This document shows positions 10,763 to 21,344 of a stretch of 64,000 nt of DNA, piece after piece (within the stretch, counting starts at the first letter, position 1; each line of letters begins with the position of its first letter). The DNA is taken from contig CBDCCI010000002.1 of NCBI GenBank assembly GCA_965214705.1, positions 1,984,001 to 2,048,000 on the forward strand. The letters run 5' to 3'. The notes beneath the pieces are model-generated. The model made no database searches and had not been told where the DNA came from. It saw only the letters and a program-made list of their open reading frames with translations. The position numbers were made by a program, and so were the translations under genes. This DNA comes from Alphaproteobacteria bacterium. GTDB taxonomy: Bacteria; Pseudomonadota; Alphaproteobacteria; UBA828.

Positions 10763-10875
10763 CGTCATGGCCGGGCTCGTCCCGGCCATCCACGTATTTG
10801 CCCAGGCTTCGACAAATCCGGCTGAGACAGATGCCCGGAACACCCCCGGACTTGATCCGGGGGCCGGGCATGACG
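10763..10875. repeat. REP-like intergenic palindromic element with a nested second palindrome
   Basis: CGTCATGGCCGGGCTCGTCCCGGCCATC...GATGCCCGG...CCGGGCATGACG with inverted ends; internal CCCCCGGA-CTTGA-TCCGGGGG at 10843-10863. Confidence 0.75.
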
Positions 10876-11002
10876 AGACAAGTAGGCGGGCGGGGAGACT
10901 GGGCGGGATCGCAGCGCACCGCCGTGCTCTGATGGGGCCGAAATTGCGCCCCTCCGCGCACTTGCCTAGAGTCGAGCCCGGTACGTTGCGCGAGGGCATG
11001 GT

Positions 11003-12028
11003 TTGGCTCGTCCCGACCTGACGACCCGCTTCCTGGGCTTGGACCCGAAATCGCCGGCCGGGCGTCTCCTTGGCGCGGCGGAACGCGCGATCATCGAAAA
11101 CCCCACGGTCTTCACCGCCGGTATCCTGCTCCTGCTGTGGCTGATCCTGTCGCAGCTCTCGCCCTACTTCTTCACCGTCAGCAACCTGTTCGAGATCACG
11201 GTCCAGGCCGCCGTGATCGCGCTGATCGCGGTGGGGCAGACCTTTGTCATCCTCTCGAAGGGGATCGATCTCTCGGTCGGCGCGATCCTCGCCGCCTCTG
11301 CGGTCACGTCCACCATGGTGATGGATGCGGGATACGGCCTCGGCGCCGGCGTCATCGCCGGGATCGTTGTCGGCGCCTTCTTCGGCGCGGCCAACGGTGT
11401 CGCGGTTGGTTATCTCCGCATCCCGCCCTTCGTCGCGACGCTCGGCATGATGGGGATCGCCCGCGGCTACGCGCTCATCATCACCGAGGGCATTCCCATC
11501 TTCAGGGTGGCGGAGGGCTTCGAAATCCTCGGTCAGGGCCGCCTCTGGGGGGTGGTGCCGGTGCCGACGATCGCCACGCTCGGGCTCTACGCGGTCGGCG
11601 TGTTCGTGCTGCTCCGCACCCGGCTCGGCCGCTACACCGTCTCGATCGGGAGCAACGAGCAGGCGACCAAGGTCTCGGGCGTCAACGTCCCGCTCTACCT
11701 GATCCTCATCTACGGCCTGAGCGGCGTCACCGCCGGCATCGCGGGGCTCACCGAAGCCTCGCGCATCGGCAGCGGCCAGCCGGCGGGCGGGGTGGGCTAC
11801 GAGCTCGACTCGATCGCTGCCGTGGTGATCGGCGGCACCAGCCTCTTCGGCGGCCAGGGCAGCCTGATCGCGTCGTGGATCGGGGCGCTCATCATCGCCA
11901 CGCTGCGCAACGGGCTGAACGTGCTCGGCGTCTACGCCTTCTGGCAGCTAGTCGCCATCGGTGCTATCCTCATCGCCGCCGTCTACATCGACAATTGGCG
12001 GCGTCTGAGGCGCGGTGGAGAACAATAA
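11003..12028 (+). CDS. Sugar ABC transporter permease (RbsC-like)
   Basis: Motifs GIDLSVGA, IPPFVATLG and YELDSIAAVVIGGTSLFGG. The start codon is uncertain. Confidence 0.9.
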   Translation: MARPDLTTRFLGLDPKSPAGRLLGAAERAIIENPTVFTAGILLLLWLILSQLSPYFFTVSNLFEITVQAAVIALIAVGQTFVILSKGIDLSVGAILAASAVTSTMVMDAGYGLGAGVIAGIVVGAFFGAANGVAVGYLRIPPFVATLGMMGIARGYALIITEGIPIFRVAEGFEILGQGRLWGVVPVPTIATLGLYAVGVFVLLRTRLGRYTVSIGSNEQATKVSGVNVPLYLILIYGLSGVTAGIAGLTEASRIGSGQPAGGVGYELDSIAAVVIGGTSLFGGQGSLIASWIGALIIATLRNGLNVLGVYAFWQLVAIGAILIAAVYIDNWRRLRRGGEQ

Positions 12029-12079
12029 CGAGGCCACGCGCCGGGCAACGGCGCGTGTGCCGTAATAGGAGGAGAAACC

Positions 12080-13060
12080 ATGAAATTGCGCGTTTCCATC
12101 ATCAGGTCTTTACGCGCGGTGGCCGCGGCCGCCGTTATCGCTGCAGTGACGGCGGCAGGCCTTGGCTCCGACGCGTTCGCGGCGGACAAGACCTTGGCCT
12201 GGATCCCGAAATCGACCGATTCGTCGTTCTGGCTTGCCATCAAGCGGGGCGCGGAGAAGGCCGGCGCTGAGCTCGGCTACGAGGTCCTCTATGTCGGCAC
12301 CCAGGACCAGACACAGATCGCGGGCCAGATCAACCTGGTCAACGACATGGTGACGCGCAGGATCGACGGCATCCTCATCGCCGCGACCGATGCCAAGGCA
12401 CTGTCCGACCCGGTGACCAAGGCCATCGAGGCCGGCGTGCCGGTGATCACGGTCGATTCCGGCATCGACCCCGACACCTCGCTCGCCTACATCGCCACCG
12501 ACAACATCGGCGCCGCCAGGGCCGCAGCCAAGCACCTGGCGGGGCTGATCGGCGGCAAGGGCAAGGTCGGCGACATCGGCATTACCGCCGGCTCCCAGAC
12601 CGGGTACGAGCGCGAGAACGGCTTCGTCGAGGAGATGAAGAACTATCCCGACATCGAGGTGCTGCCGGTGCAGTACTCGGAATGCAAGCCGGCCAAGGCG
12701 CTGAACATCGCCACCGACATGCACACCGGCAATCCCGATCTCGTCGGCTTCTATGGCGCGTGCGACGGCGCCGGCACCGGCGCGGGTCAGCTTTCCAAGC
12801 AGAGGGAACTCGATCTCCGCATCGTCGCCTTCGACAGCTCGGCCGAAGAGTTCGAGCTGTTCAAGGAGGGCTATATCGACGCGCTCGTCCTGCAGGACCC
12901 GTTCAAGATGGGCTATGACGGCGTCTACACCTTGGACAAGATCATCAAGGGCGAGACGATCGAGCCGCGCGTCGTGGCCATTCCGGCGGCGGTGGTGACG
13001 CTGGAGAACATGAACGAGCCGGCGATCCAGAAGCTGCTGAGCGATATGGAGCTTCTGTAA
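12080..13060 (+). CDS. Sugar ABC transporter substrate-binding protein (RbsB-like)
   Basis: Signal peptide; motifs FWLAIKRGAE, GVPVITVDSG, IATDNIGA and QDPFKMGY. Confidence 0.9.
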   Translation: MKLRVSIIRSLRAVAAAAVIAAVTAAGLGSDAFAADKTLAWIPKSTDSSFWLAIKRGAEKAGAELGYEVLYVGTQDQTQIAGQINLVNDMVTRRIDGILIAATDAKALSDPVTKAIEAGVPVITVDSGIDPDTSLAYIATDNIGAARAAAKHLAGLIGGKGKVGDIGITAGSQTGYERENGFVEEMKNYPDIEVLPVQYSECKPAKALNIATDMHTGNPDLVGFYGACDGAGTGAGQLSKQRELDLRIVAFDSSAEEFELFKEGYIDALVLQDPFKMGYDGVYTLDKIIKGETIEPRVVAIPAAVVTLENMNEPAIQKLLSDMELL

Positions 13061-13173
13061 CCGTATCCAGGGCCGGGCGCGCGGTCGCCCGCCCGGTGCC
13101 GGGAACGAACGGGCCTCCGTCGCAGTTTGGCGCGGCGGAGGCCCAAATCACCGTAGCAAGGGGAGAACCGACC

Positions 13174-14217
13174 ATGACACCCAAGTTGCACAGAATGGCC
13201 GTATCGGCGCTCGCAGCGATCGGTCTGGCCGCGGTGATCACCGGTGCGCAGGCGCAGGAGATCGACACGATTGCGGTCCTGGTGCCTGAGCAGGGCACCG
13301 ACTTCGGCTGGAACCAGCAGGGCGTCGACGCGACACGGGCGGTCGGCGAGGCCATGGGGCTCGAGGTCATCTCGGCCGAAGGCCTCGGCTACGGCGACGT
13401 GCGGCCGACGCTGCGCGAGCTCGCGGCCGAAGGCGCCGACCTGATGATCGCCCACGCCAGCGGCTACAACACCGCAGCGCCCGAGATCGCCGCCGAAACC
13501 GGGGTTGCGGTCGCGATCGTGGACAGGCCTGAAGACATGGTGCCGGGTCTGGTCGCCGACTACACGTTGAGTGGGCATGACGGCGCCTACATGGCCGGCA
13601 TGCTGGCGGCTCAGCTCTCGCGCACCGGCACGCTCGGCATCGTCGTCTCCGGCGAGCCGCCGTCGTGGAACTCGCAGTCCGCCGGCTTCGCCATGGGCGC
13701 ACGCGCCGCCAACCCAGACGTGAACCTGCTCTACGCGGTAATCGGACCTGCGGCCTACGCCGACGCCGCAGGCGGCAAGCGGGTCACGGAATCGGTGATC
13801 GCCGCCGGCGCCGACATCGTGTTCGGCCAGGGCGACGGCTCCACCTTCGGCATGCTCCAGGCGGTGGAGACGGTGCCTGCGGCCGACGGCGGTAAGGTGC
13901 TGTTCATCGACGTGATCGGCGACAAGAGCGAGATCGACAAGGGCCACCTGCTCTCGTCAGTGGTCTGGAACATGGTGCCGGTCTACTCCGCGATGGTCGA
14001 GGACTTGAAGAGCGGAACGTTCGGCACCGTCGGCTACGCCATCCAGTTGGCCGACGATTCGGTGCAGCTTCTGCGGACGGCGCACATCTCCGACGAGATG
14101 TGGGCGGGACTGATGGACGTCCGCGCCCAGATCATCGCGGGCGAGATCGACGTGCCCGCGATCTGGGAGGCCACGGAGGTACGCGCTCTGATGTCGTCGG
14201 TGGACGCGGCTGAGTAG
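13174..14217 (+). CDS. BMP-family ABC substrate-binding protein, probable vitamin B6 transporter
   Basis: Motif DFGWNQQG and BMP-like layout; in an operon with 4-pyridoxolactonase. Confidence 0.8.
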   Translation: MTPKLHRMAVSALAAIGLAAVITGAQAQEIDTIAVLVPEQGTDFGWNQQGVDATRAVGEAMGLEVISAEGLGYGDVRPTLRELAAEGADLMIAHASGYNTAAPEIAAETGVAVAIVDRPEDMVPGLVADYTLSGHDGAYMAGMLAAQLSRTGTLGIVVSGEPPSWNSQSAGFAMGARAANPDVNLLYAVIGPAAYADAAGGKRVTESVIAAGADIVFGQGDGSTFGMLQAVETVPAADGGKVLFIDVIGDKSEIDKGHLLSSVVWNMVPVYSAMVEDLKSGTFGTVGYAIQLADDSVQLLRTAHISDEMWAGLMDVRAQIIAGEIDVPAIWEATEVRALMSSVDAAE

Positions 14218-14339
14218 CGCACGCAGAGAACGCAGGCGACGCCCGGCGGCGCAAGAGCACCGCGCGCCGGGCACGCCTGCCCTTTCCCGGCGGCCGACTC
14301 AGTGCCGCCCAACCTGACTGGTAGCAAGGTGGCCTGACC

Positions 14340-15923
<1,584 letters not shown>

Positions 15924-15930
15924 TCGCGCG

Positions 15931-17016
15931 ATGACACACGCGCCGACCGCACATGAGGAACGGCTCGCCCCCGGCGCGACCGCGTTGCGCCGCTGGGCCA
16001 CGCCGGTTGCGGCGGCGCTGCTGCCCATCGTGCTCGCGCTCGGCGTCGGCGCCCTGATCCTGCTGGTGCTCGGCGCCGATCCTGGCGCCTTCTACTACCA
16101 CATCGTTCGACGCGGCCTGCTGAGCTGGATCGGGCTGCAGGACACGATCACCCGCTGCGCGCCGCTGCTGCTGCTCGGCGCGAGCCTGATCGTCGCCTTC
16201 CGTGCCGGCCTCTGGAACCTCGGTGTCGACGGGCAGTTCCTGCTGGCCGCGGTGATCTCAGCCGCGCTCGCGCCGGCGCTGGTCACTGTGCTACCGGTCT
16301 GGCTCGTGCTGCCGCTGGTGATGCTGGTGGCGATGGCCGTGGGCGCCGTCTGGTCGCTGCTGCCGGCGCTGCTCAAGGCCTATTACGGGGTCAACGAGAT
16401 CGTGACCACGCTGATGATGAGTTTCTTGGGGATCAGCGCGGCGAACGTGCTTATCAAGCTCCCCTTCGACGACCCCACCACCACGGTGCCGCAGACCGAG
16501 ACGCTGGCGACTGACGACCGCCTGCCGCGCCTCTTCGGCAGCACGATCAACGTGGGCGTGATCGTGGGCCTCGCGGTGATCCTGTTCATCCACTGGCTGA
16601 TGACACGGACGTCGTTCGGCCTGCGGCTGCGGCTCGTGGGCGCGAATCCGCGCGCGGCGGTGCACGTGGGGCTCCCGCTCGGCGCGCTGATGGTCGCGGT
16701 GTTCGCGCTGAGCGCCGGCCTCGCCGGGCTCGCCGGCTCGGTCGAGATTCTCGGCGTCTGGGGCAACGTGCGGGCCGATTGGAACCCGGCCTACGGCCTG
16801 ATGATCATCCCCTTGGTCTTTCTCGCCCGCTTCAACGGCATCGCCGTGATCGGCTTCGTCTTCTTCTTCGCCGTGCTCTCCATCGGCGGCGAAACCGCCT
16901 CGCGCAAAGCGGGGCTCCCTAACTACTTCATCCTGGTGCTGGTGGCGCTGATGCTGATCTTCCTGGCGCTCACCGAATGGCTCGGCCAGCGCCGCCAGAT
17001 GGCGGCACGGGACTGA
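15931..17016 (+). CDS. ABC transporter permease (nucleoside/BMP type)
   Basis: Motifs FRAGLWNLGVDGQ and GVNEIVTTLM; multiple TM segments. Confidence 0.9.
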   Translation: MTHAPTAHEERLAPGATALRRWATPVAAALLPIVLALGVGALILLVLGADPGAFYYHIVRRGLLSWIGLQDTITRCAPLLLLGASLIVAFRAGLWNLGVDGQFLLAAVISAALAPALVTVLPVWLVLPLVMLVAMAVGAVWSLLPALLKAYYGVNEIVTTLMMSFLGISAANVLIKLPFDDPTTTVPQTETLATDDRLPRLFGSTINVGVIVGLAVILFIHWLMTRTSFGLRLRLVGANPRAAVHVGLPLGALMVAVFALSAGLAGLAGSVEILGVWGNVRADWNPAYGLMIIPLVFLARFNGIAVIGFVFFFAVLSIGGETASRKAGLPNYFILVLVALMLIFLALTEWLGQRRQMAARD

Positions 17017-17022
17017 CCGGTC

Positions 17023-17961
17023 ATGTCGCAGGGCCTGCTCAGCGACGCCTTCCTGATCTCGCTGATCGCGGGCGCGGTCGCGGCCGGCGTGCCGCTGCTG
17101 CTGGCGGGGCTCGGCGAGCAGGTCTCGGAGAAGGCAGGCGTGCTCAACATCGGCATCGAGGGGATGATGCTGTTCGGCGCCTACGCCGGCTTCGCCACCG
17201 CCTTCGGCACGAACTCGCTCTGGCTCGGCTTCCTCGCGGGCGCCGCCGCGGGCCTGGTGATGGCCATGTTGATGGCGCTCTTCTGCGTGCGGCTTGGCCT
17301 CAACCAGATCGTGATCGGGATCGCGCTCACCCTCGGCGCGGACGGCATCACCGCCCTCCTCCACCACGTGCAGTTCAGCCGCACCTACCCGCGCCTGCCG
17401 CGGGTCGAGACCCTGGACATTCCGGGGCTGAGCGAGATTCCGATCATCGGACCGAGCCTCTTCGCCCGGCACCCGATGGTCTACATCGCGGTCTTCCTCG
17501 TGCTGGTCCTCGCCTATCTCTTCCGCAACACCCATGTCGGGCTCAACCTGCAGGCCGCCGGCGACAAGCCCGATGCGCTGGACGCGGCCGGAATCAGCGT
17601 GACCGCGACCCGCACCTGGTCGGTGCTCTTCACCGGCGTCATGGCGGGAATGGGTGGCGCCTATATGGCGATGATCGGCGCAGGCATCTTCGTGCCCTTC
17701 ATGACCGGGGGCGCGGGCTTCATCGCCATCGTGCTGGCGATGCTGGCGCGCGGGCGCCCCATCTGGGTGCTGATCGGGGCCTTCCTCTTCGGCGCGAGCC
17801 TTTCGCTCACCACCGCGTTGCAGGTGGGCGGCGTCAACGTGCCCACGGACGTGGTGCAGATGCTGCCCTTCCTCATGGTGATGATCGTGCTGGTGCTGTT
17901 CGCCCGGCGCGCGAGCCTGCCGGCGGCGCTCGGCCTGCCCTACGTGCGCGGGCAGCGCTAG
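17023..17961 (+). CDS. ABC transporter permease (nucleoside/BMP type)
   Basis: Motifs SEKAGVLNIGIEGMM and GAGFIAIVLAM. Confidence 0.9.
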   Translation: MSQGLLSDAFLISLIAGAVAAGVPLLLAGLGEQVSEKAGVLNIGIEGMMLFGAYAGFATAFGTNSLWLGFLAGAAAGLVMAMLMALFCVRLGLNQIVIGIALTLGADGITALLHHVQFSRTYPRLPRVETLDIPGLSEIPIIGPSLFARHPMVYIAVFLVLVLAYLFRNTHVGLNLQAAGDKPDALDAAGISVTATRTWSVLFTGVMAGMGGAYMAMIGAGIFVPFMTGGAGFIAIVLAMLARGRPIWVLIGAFLFGASLSLTTALQVGGVNVPTDVVQMLPFLMVMIVLVLFARRASLPAALGLPYVRGQR

Positions 17962-17988
17962 ACTGGCGCGGGCACAGGGAGCGAGGCG

Positions 17989-18807
17989 ATGAAAGAGACG
18001 CGGGTCTTCATCCTGGACGGCGGCACGCTGGTGATCGACGGCTTCCACATATACTGGAACCGCGGGCCGGCGGGCGAGGTGCGCTTCCCCGTCTACAGCG
18101 TGCTGATCGACCACGCTGACGGCCTCTACCTCTTCGACACCGGCTTCGACTGCGACCACGTCAACGCCGTGCTGCCCTTCGAGAAGCCGATCCAGTCGGA
18201 GGCGCAGACCCTCGTCGGCGCGCTGGCGCTCGCGGGCTACCGGGCCCAAGACATCGATTACGTCGTCAACTCGCACTACCACTTCGACCACTGCGGCGGG
18301 AACCGTCACCTGCGCGAGGCCTGCACGGTCTGCCACGCGCTCGAATTCGCCCAGTGCGCGTCCCCGGCGCCGTTCGAGATGCTGGGCTATTCCGACATGC
18401 GCTTCCACGCCGATCTCTACCGCGAACGGCTCGCGAAGGAAGGCCGCGCGGTGCCGGACGATCCCGAGAGCGATATCTGGACGCCCAGGGTCGAGCTTAT
18501 CAGCGGCGACCAGGAGATCGCCAAGGGCCTCCACCTGATCGAGACGCCTGGCCACACCGCCGGGCACTACAGCCTTCTGGTCGAGCTCGCCGGCCGGCGG
18601 CCCATGCTGTTCACCGCCGACGCCGCCTACACCCGCAAGGGGCTGGAGCAGGAGATCATCCCGAGCTTCCACCTGGACCCGGTGAAGGCGGTCGCCTCGA
18701 TGAAGCGGCTCAAGAACGTGGCGGTCGAACGCGACGCTGAAATCTTCGTCGGCCACGACGCAGACGCCTTCGCGGGATACGACACCGCGCCCGCCTGGTA
18801 TAGCTGA
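17989..18807 (+). CDS. 4-pyridoxolactonase (metallo-beta-lactamase fold)
   Basis: HxHxDH motif SHYHFDHCGGN. The segments WNRGPAGEVRFPVYSVLI, VLPFEKPIQ and PFEMLGYSD closely resemble the Mesorhizobium loti enzyme as recalled. Confidence 0.85.
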   Translation: MKETRVFILDGGTLVIDGFHIYWNRGPAGEVRFPVYSVLIDHADGLYLFDTGFDCDHVNAVLPFEKPIQSEAQTLVGALALAGYRAQDIDYVVNSHYHFDHCGGNRHLREACTVCHALEFAQCASPAPFEMLGYSDMRFHADLYRERLAKEGRAVPDDPESDIWTPRVELISGDQEIAKGLHLIETPGHTAGHYSLLVELAGRRPMLFTADAAYTRKGLEQEIIPSFHLDPVKAVASMKRLKNVAVERDAEIFVGHDADAFAGYDTAPAWYS

Positions 18808-18857
18808 GCGCCCCTTTCCCGTTCGGCACCCGGCTCGTATTCCGCCACAATGGTCCG

Positions 18858-21077
18858 ATGACGACACGAATCGCGTCCGCGGTTCGCGCACTCGCATCGG
18901 AGCTGCGGGCCGATGCCGGCTCGGCCATGCTGCCGACTGCGCTATCCACAGGCCTCATCATCGCTGTGATCGTGCTGGTCGGCGAAGCCGCCATCGCCTC
19001 CATCATCTTCTCGGGGCCACTCTCCCCGCTCGTCCCCCAGGGCACGGGTGCGATCCTGTTCGGCACGCTCGTCATGTGCTTTCTCACGGCGCTGGCCTGC
19101 ACCTACAAGGGCACGATCTCCGTCCCCCACTTCGCGCCGGCCGCGGTGCTGCTGACGATCGGCGCTGCGGTCGCCGCCGTCATGGTCTCCGCCAGCGGCG
19201 AGGCGGTGTTCGCGACGATGATCGTCATCGTCGGCCTGTCGACCGTGGCGACGGCGATCTGCTACCTGCTCATCGGGTGGTTCGGGCTCGCCCGTCTGTT
19301 CCGCTTCATGCCCTACCCCCTGGTTGGCGGGTTTCTTGCGGGGCTCGGCTGGTTCCTGGTCAAGAGCAGCGTCGCGGTGGCGAGCGGAATCACGATGACG
19401 TGGGAGACGCTGCCCACGCTGGCCGAGATCGACACGATCCAGAAGTGGGCGCCAGCCGTGTTCTATGGTGTCCTGCTGCTCGTCGTCGCCAAGGTCCGGC
19501 CCCACTATCTCATCCTGCCCGGATCGGCAGTGGTCGCGATCGGGGTCTGCCACGCAACGCTCTTCGCACTCGACATACCGCTCGCGGAAGCCACTGCGGC
19601 GGGCATCCTGTTCGTGGGTATCCCGGCGGGGTCCGCCTGGCCTCCCATCGGGTTGAGCGATCTCGCTCTTGTGGACTGGGGTGTGGTGACGTCTCAGCTT
19701 CCCGGAATCCTGGCCGTGATGCTGGTCGCCCTCATCAGCCTTGTGTTCTGTGCGGGCGGGCTGGAGCTGATCAGCGGCGTCCAGATCGACCTGAACAGGG
19801 AGTTCCGTGCGGAAGGCGTCTCCAGCCTGTTGGCCGGACTCGGCGGCAGCGCCCCCGGCTGCAACTCGATCCCCAACTCCGCGGTCAGCCATGCAACCGG
19901 GGCCGAGACCCGGCTGACGGGGGTCACGGTCGCGCTCATCGTCGGCCTGATTCTGTTCGTCGGCGGCGACGTCCTGGCGCTGATTCCGACGCCGGTGCTC
20001 GGCGGTCTCGTGCTGTTCGTCGGACTCAACCTGCCCTACGAAGTGCTGGTCTCCAACCGCAAGACGCTGCCGTGGCTGGATTACGGCATCGTCCTCGCGG
20101 TCTCGCTCGTCATCGTCTTCGTCGGGTTCCTGGAAGGCGTGGCCGTGGGGCTCGCGGCGGCCGTGGTCTTCTTCGTCGTGCGCTTCAGCAAGGTGAGCGT
20201 CGTCGATGAAGCCTTCACGCTGCGCCAGCAGCGCAGCAAAAGGACCCGTTCCGCCACCCACAACGCCATTCTCCGCCATTGGGCCGAGCGGGTGCAGGTC
20301 TATCGGCTGCGCGGCTACGTCATTTTCGGCAATGCCGCCGCCATCGGCGACCGTCTCAATCGAGTGCTCAAGGCCGAACCGCCTCCCCTGTGCGTGTTGC
20401 TGGACTTCGCACAGGTCTCGGGCTTCGACAGCTCGGCCGCAAATGTCATGAGCCGCGCGGTCCGGGCTGCGCACGCGCGGGGCACGCGAATCGTGCTCAG
20501 CGCCGCGGCCGAGCACGTCCGCTCCATCCTGCATCGCGGCCTGCCTGCCCCCTTGCGGGACTCGCTGATCCTGGTCGAGGATCTCGACCGTGCGTTGGAA
20601 CGCTGCGAGGACCTCGTCATCGCCGAGTGGGATCGCCAGCACGGCGGCTCGGACGAGGCGCGGGAGGAGCTGTTCGGATTGTCCTTCGATCACGCCATGC
20701 GCGACCTCGACAGGCAGTCCCGCTTCGAGGCGCTCGTGCACCGGCTTGCGCCCTGGCTGGAGACCCGCAGCTTTGAGGCCGGCGAGATCATGGTGGCACG
20801 TGACGAGGTGATGGACGGCATGCTCCTCGTGACCGAGGGCCGGGCCGTCGCCCGCGAGGACGACACCGGCTCAAGGGTGGAAGAGTACGGCCCTGGCGAT
20901 GCGCTTGTCGCCGGCGCTGCGCTCGCACCGCATGTGTCGCGGACGCCGGTGATCGCAGAGGTGCCGTGCCGCGCCCTCCTGATGACACCCGCCGCGCGCG
21001 AGGCCCTGGAGCGCGACGACCTGGCGCTTGTCGTCGAGCTCGACCGTTACCTCATCGAGACGATGTCGGCGCAGTAG
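18858..21077 (+). CDS. SulP-family anion transporter with STAS and cyclic-nucleotide-binding domains
   Basis: TM domain with FMPYPLVGGFLAG, STAS segment LLDFAQVSGFDSSA, and a C-terminal cNMP-like domain. Confidence 0.88.
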   Translation: MTTRIASAVRALASELRADAGSAMLPTALSTGLIIAVIVLVGEAAIASIIFSGPLSPLVPQGTGAILFGTLVMCFLTALACTYKGTISVPHFAPAAVLLTIGAAVAAVMVSASGEAVFATMIVIVGLSTVATAICYLLIGWFGLARLFRFMPYPLVGGFLAGLGWFLVKSSVAVASGITMTWETLPTLAEIDTIQKWAPAVFYGVLLLVVAKVRPHYLILPGSAVVAIGVCHATLFALDIPLAEATAAGILFVGIPAGSAWPPIGLSDLALVDWGVVTSQLPGILAVMLVALISLVFCAGGLELISGVQIDLNREFRAEGVSSLLAGLGGSAPGCNSIPNSAVSHATGAETRLTGVTVALIVGLILFVGGDVLALIPTPVLGGLVLFVGLNLPYEVLVSNRKTLPWLDYGIVLAVSLVIVFVGFLEGVAVGLAAAVVFFVVRFSKVSVVDEAFTLRQQRSKRTRSATHNAILRHWAERVQVYRLRGYVIFGNAAAIGDRLNRVLKAEPPPLCVLLDFAQVSGFDSSAANVMSRAVRAAHARGTRIVLSAAAEHVRSILHRGLPAPLRDSLILVEDLDRALERCEDLVIAEWDRQHGGSDEAREELFGLSFDHAMRDLDRQSRFEALVHRLAPWLETRSFEAGEIMVARDEVMDGMLLVTEGRAVAREDDTGSRVEEYGPGDALVAGAALAPHVSRTPVIAEVPCRALLMTPAAREALERDDLALVVELDRYLIETMSAQ

Positions 21078-21123
21078 GCGAGGCCTTTGCGACCCCACCT
21101 CCCCCTGTCCCCCTCCCAACTTA

Positions 21124-21179
21124 TTCATTTCCCTCAATCGCCGGGCGCTCGTATTTTCATTTCCCTCAACGGCGGGCGC
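21124..21179 (+). repeat. Direct repeat pair TTCATTTCCCTCAA(N3-4)CGGGCGC
   Basis: An exact 14-mer occurs at 21124-21137 and 21156-21169, a 32-nt period. Confidence 0.8.
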
Positions 21180-21290
21180 GAACTCCGTTCGCTTGGCTCC
21201 GCGCTTCGCGCGCGGCGCATTCGCGCCGTCCGGGCTGCTTCGCAGCCCGGTCCCATCAGGGCAAACGCTTCGTCGGTTGCCGGTAGCGTG

Positions 21291-21344
21291 CCCCGGACCA
21301 TGGTGCGGTGCACAGGAAGGGGCGGCGCGGGGCAGCATCGCGGG
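21291..21344 (+). promoter_or_regulatory. Dyad motif copy 1 with a putative leaderless promoter
   Basis: CCCCGGACCATGGTGCGGTGCAC, 21/23 identical to 46434-46456; -10-like CAGCAT 6 nt before ATG 21345. Confidence 0.55.

Noticed and set aside
13153-14329. GTAGCAAGG repeated upstream of the BMP and ATPase genes
   Set aside because: It is a 9-mer overlapping the RBS regions with only two copies, too weak to call a regulatory site.
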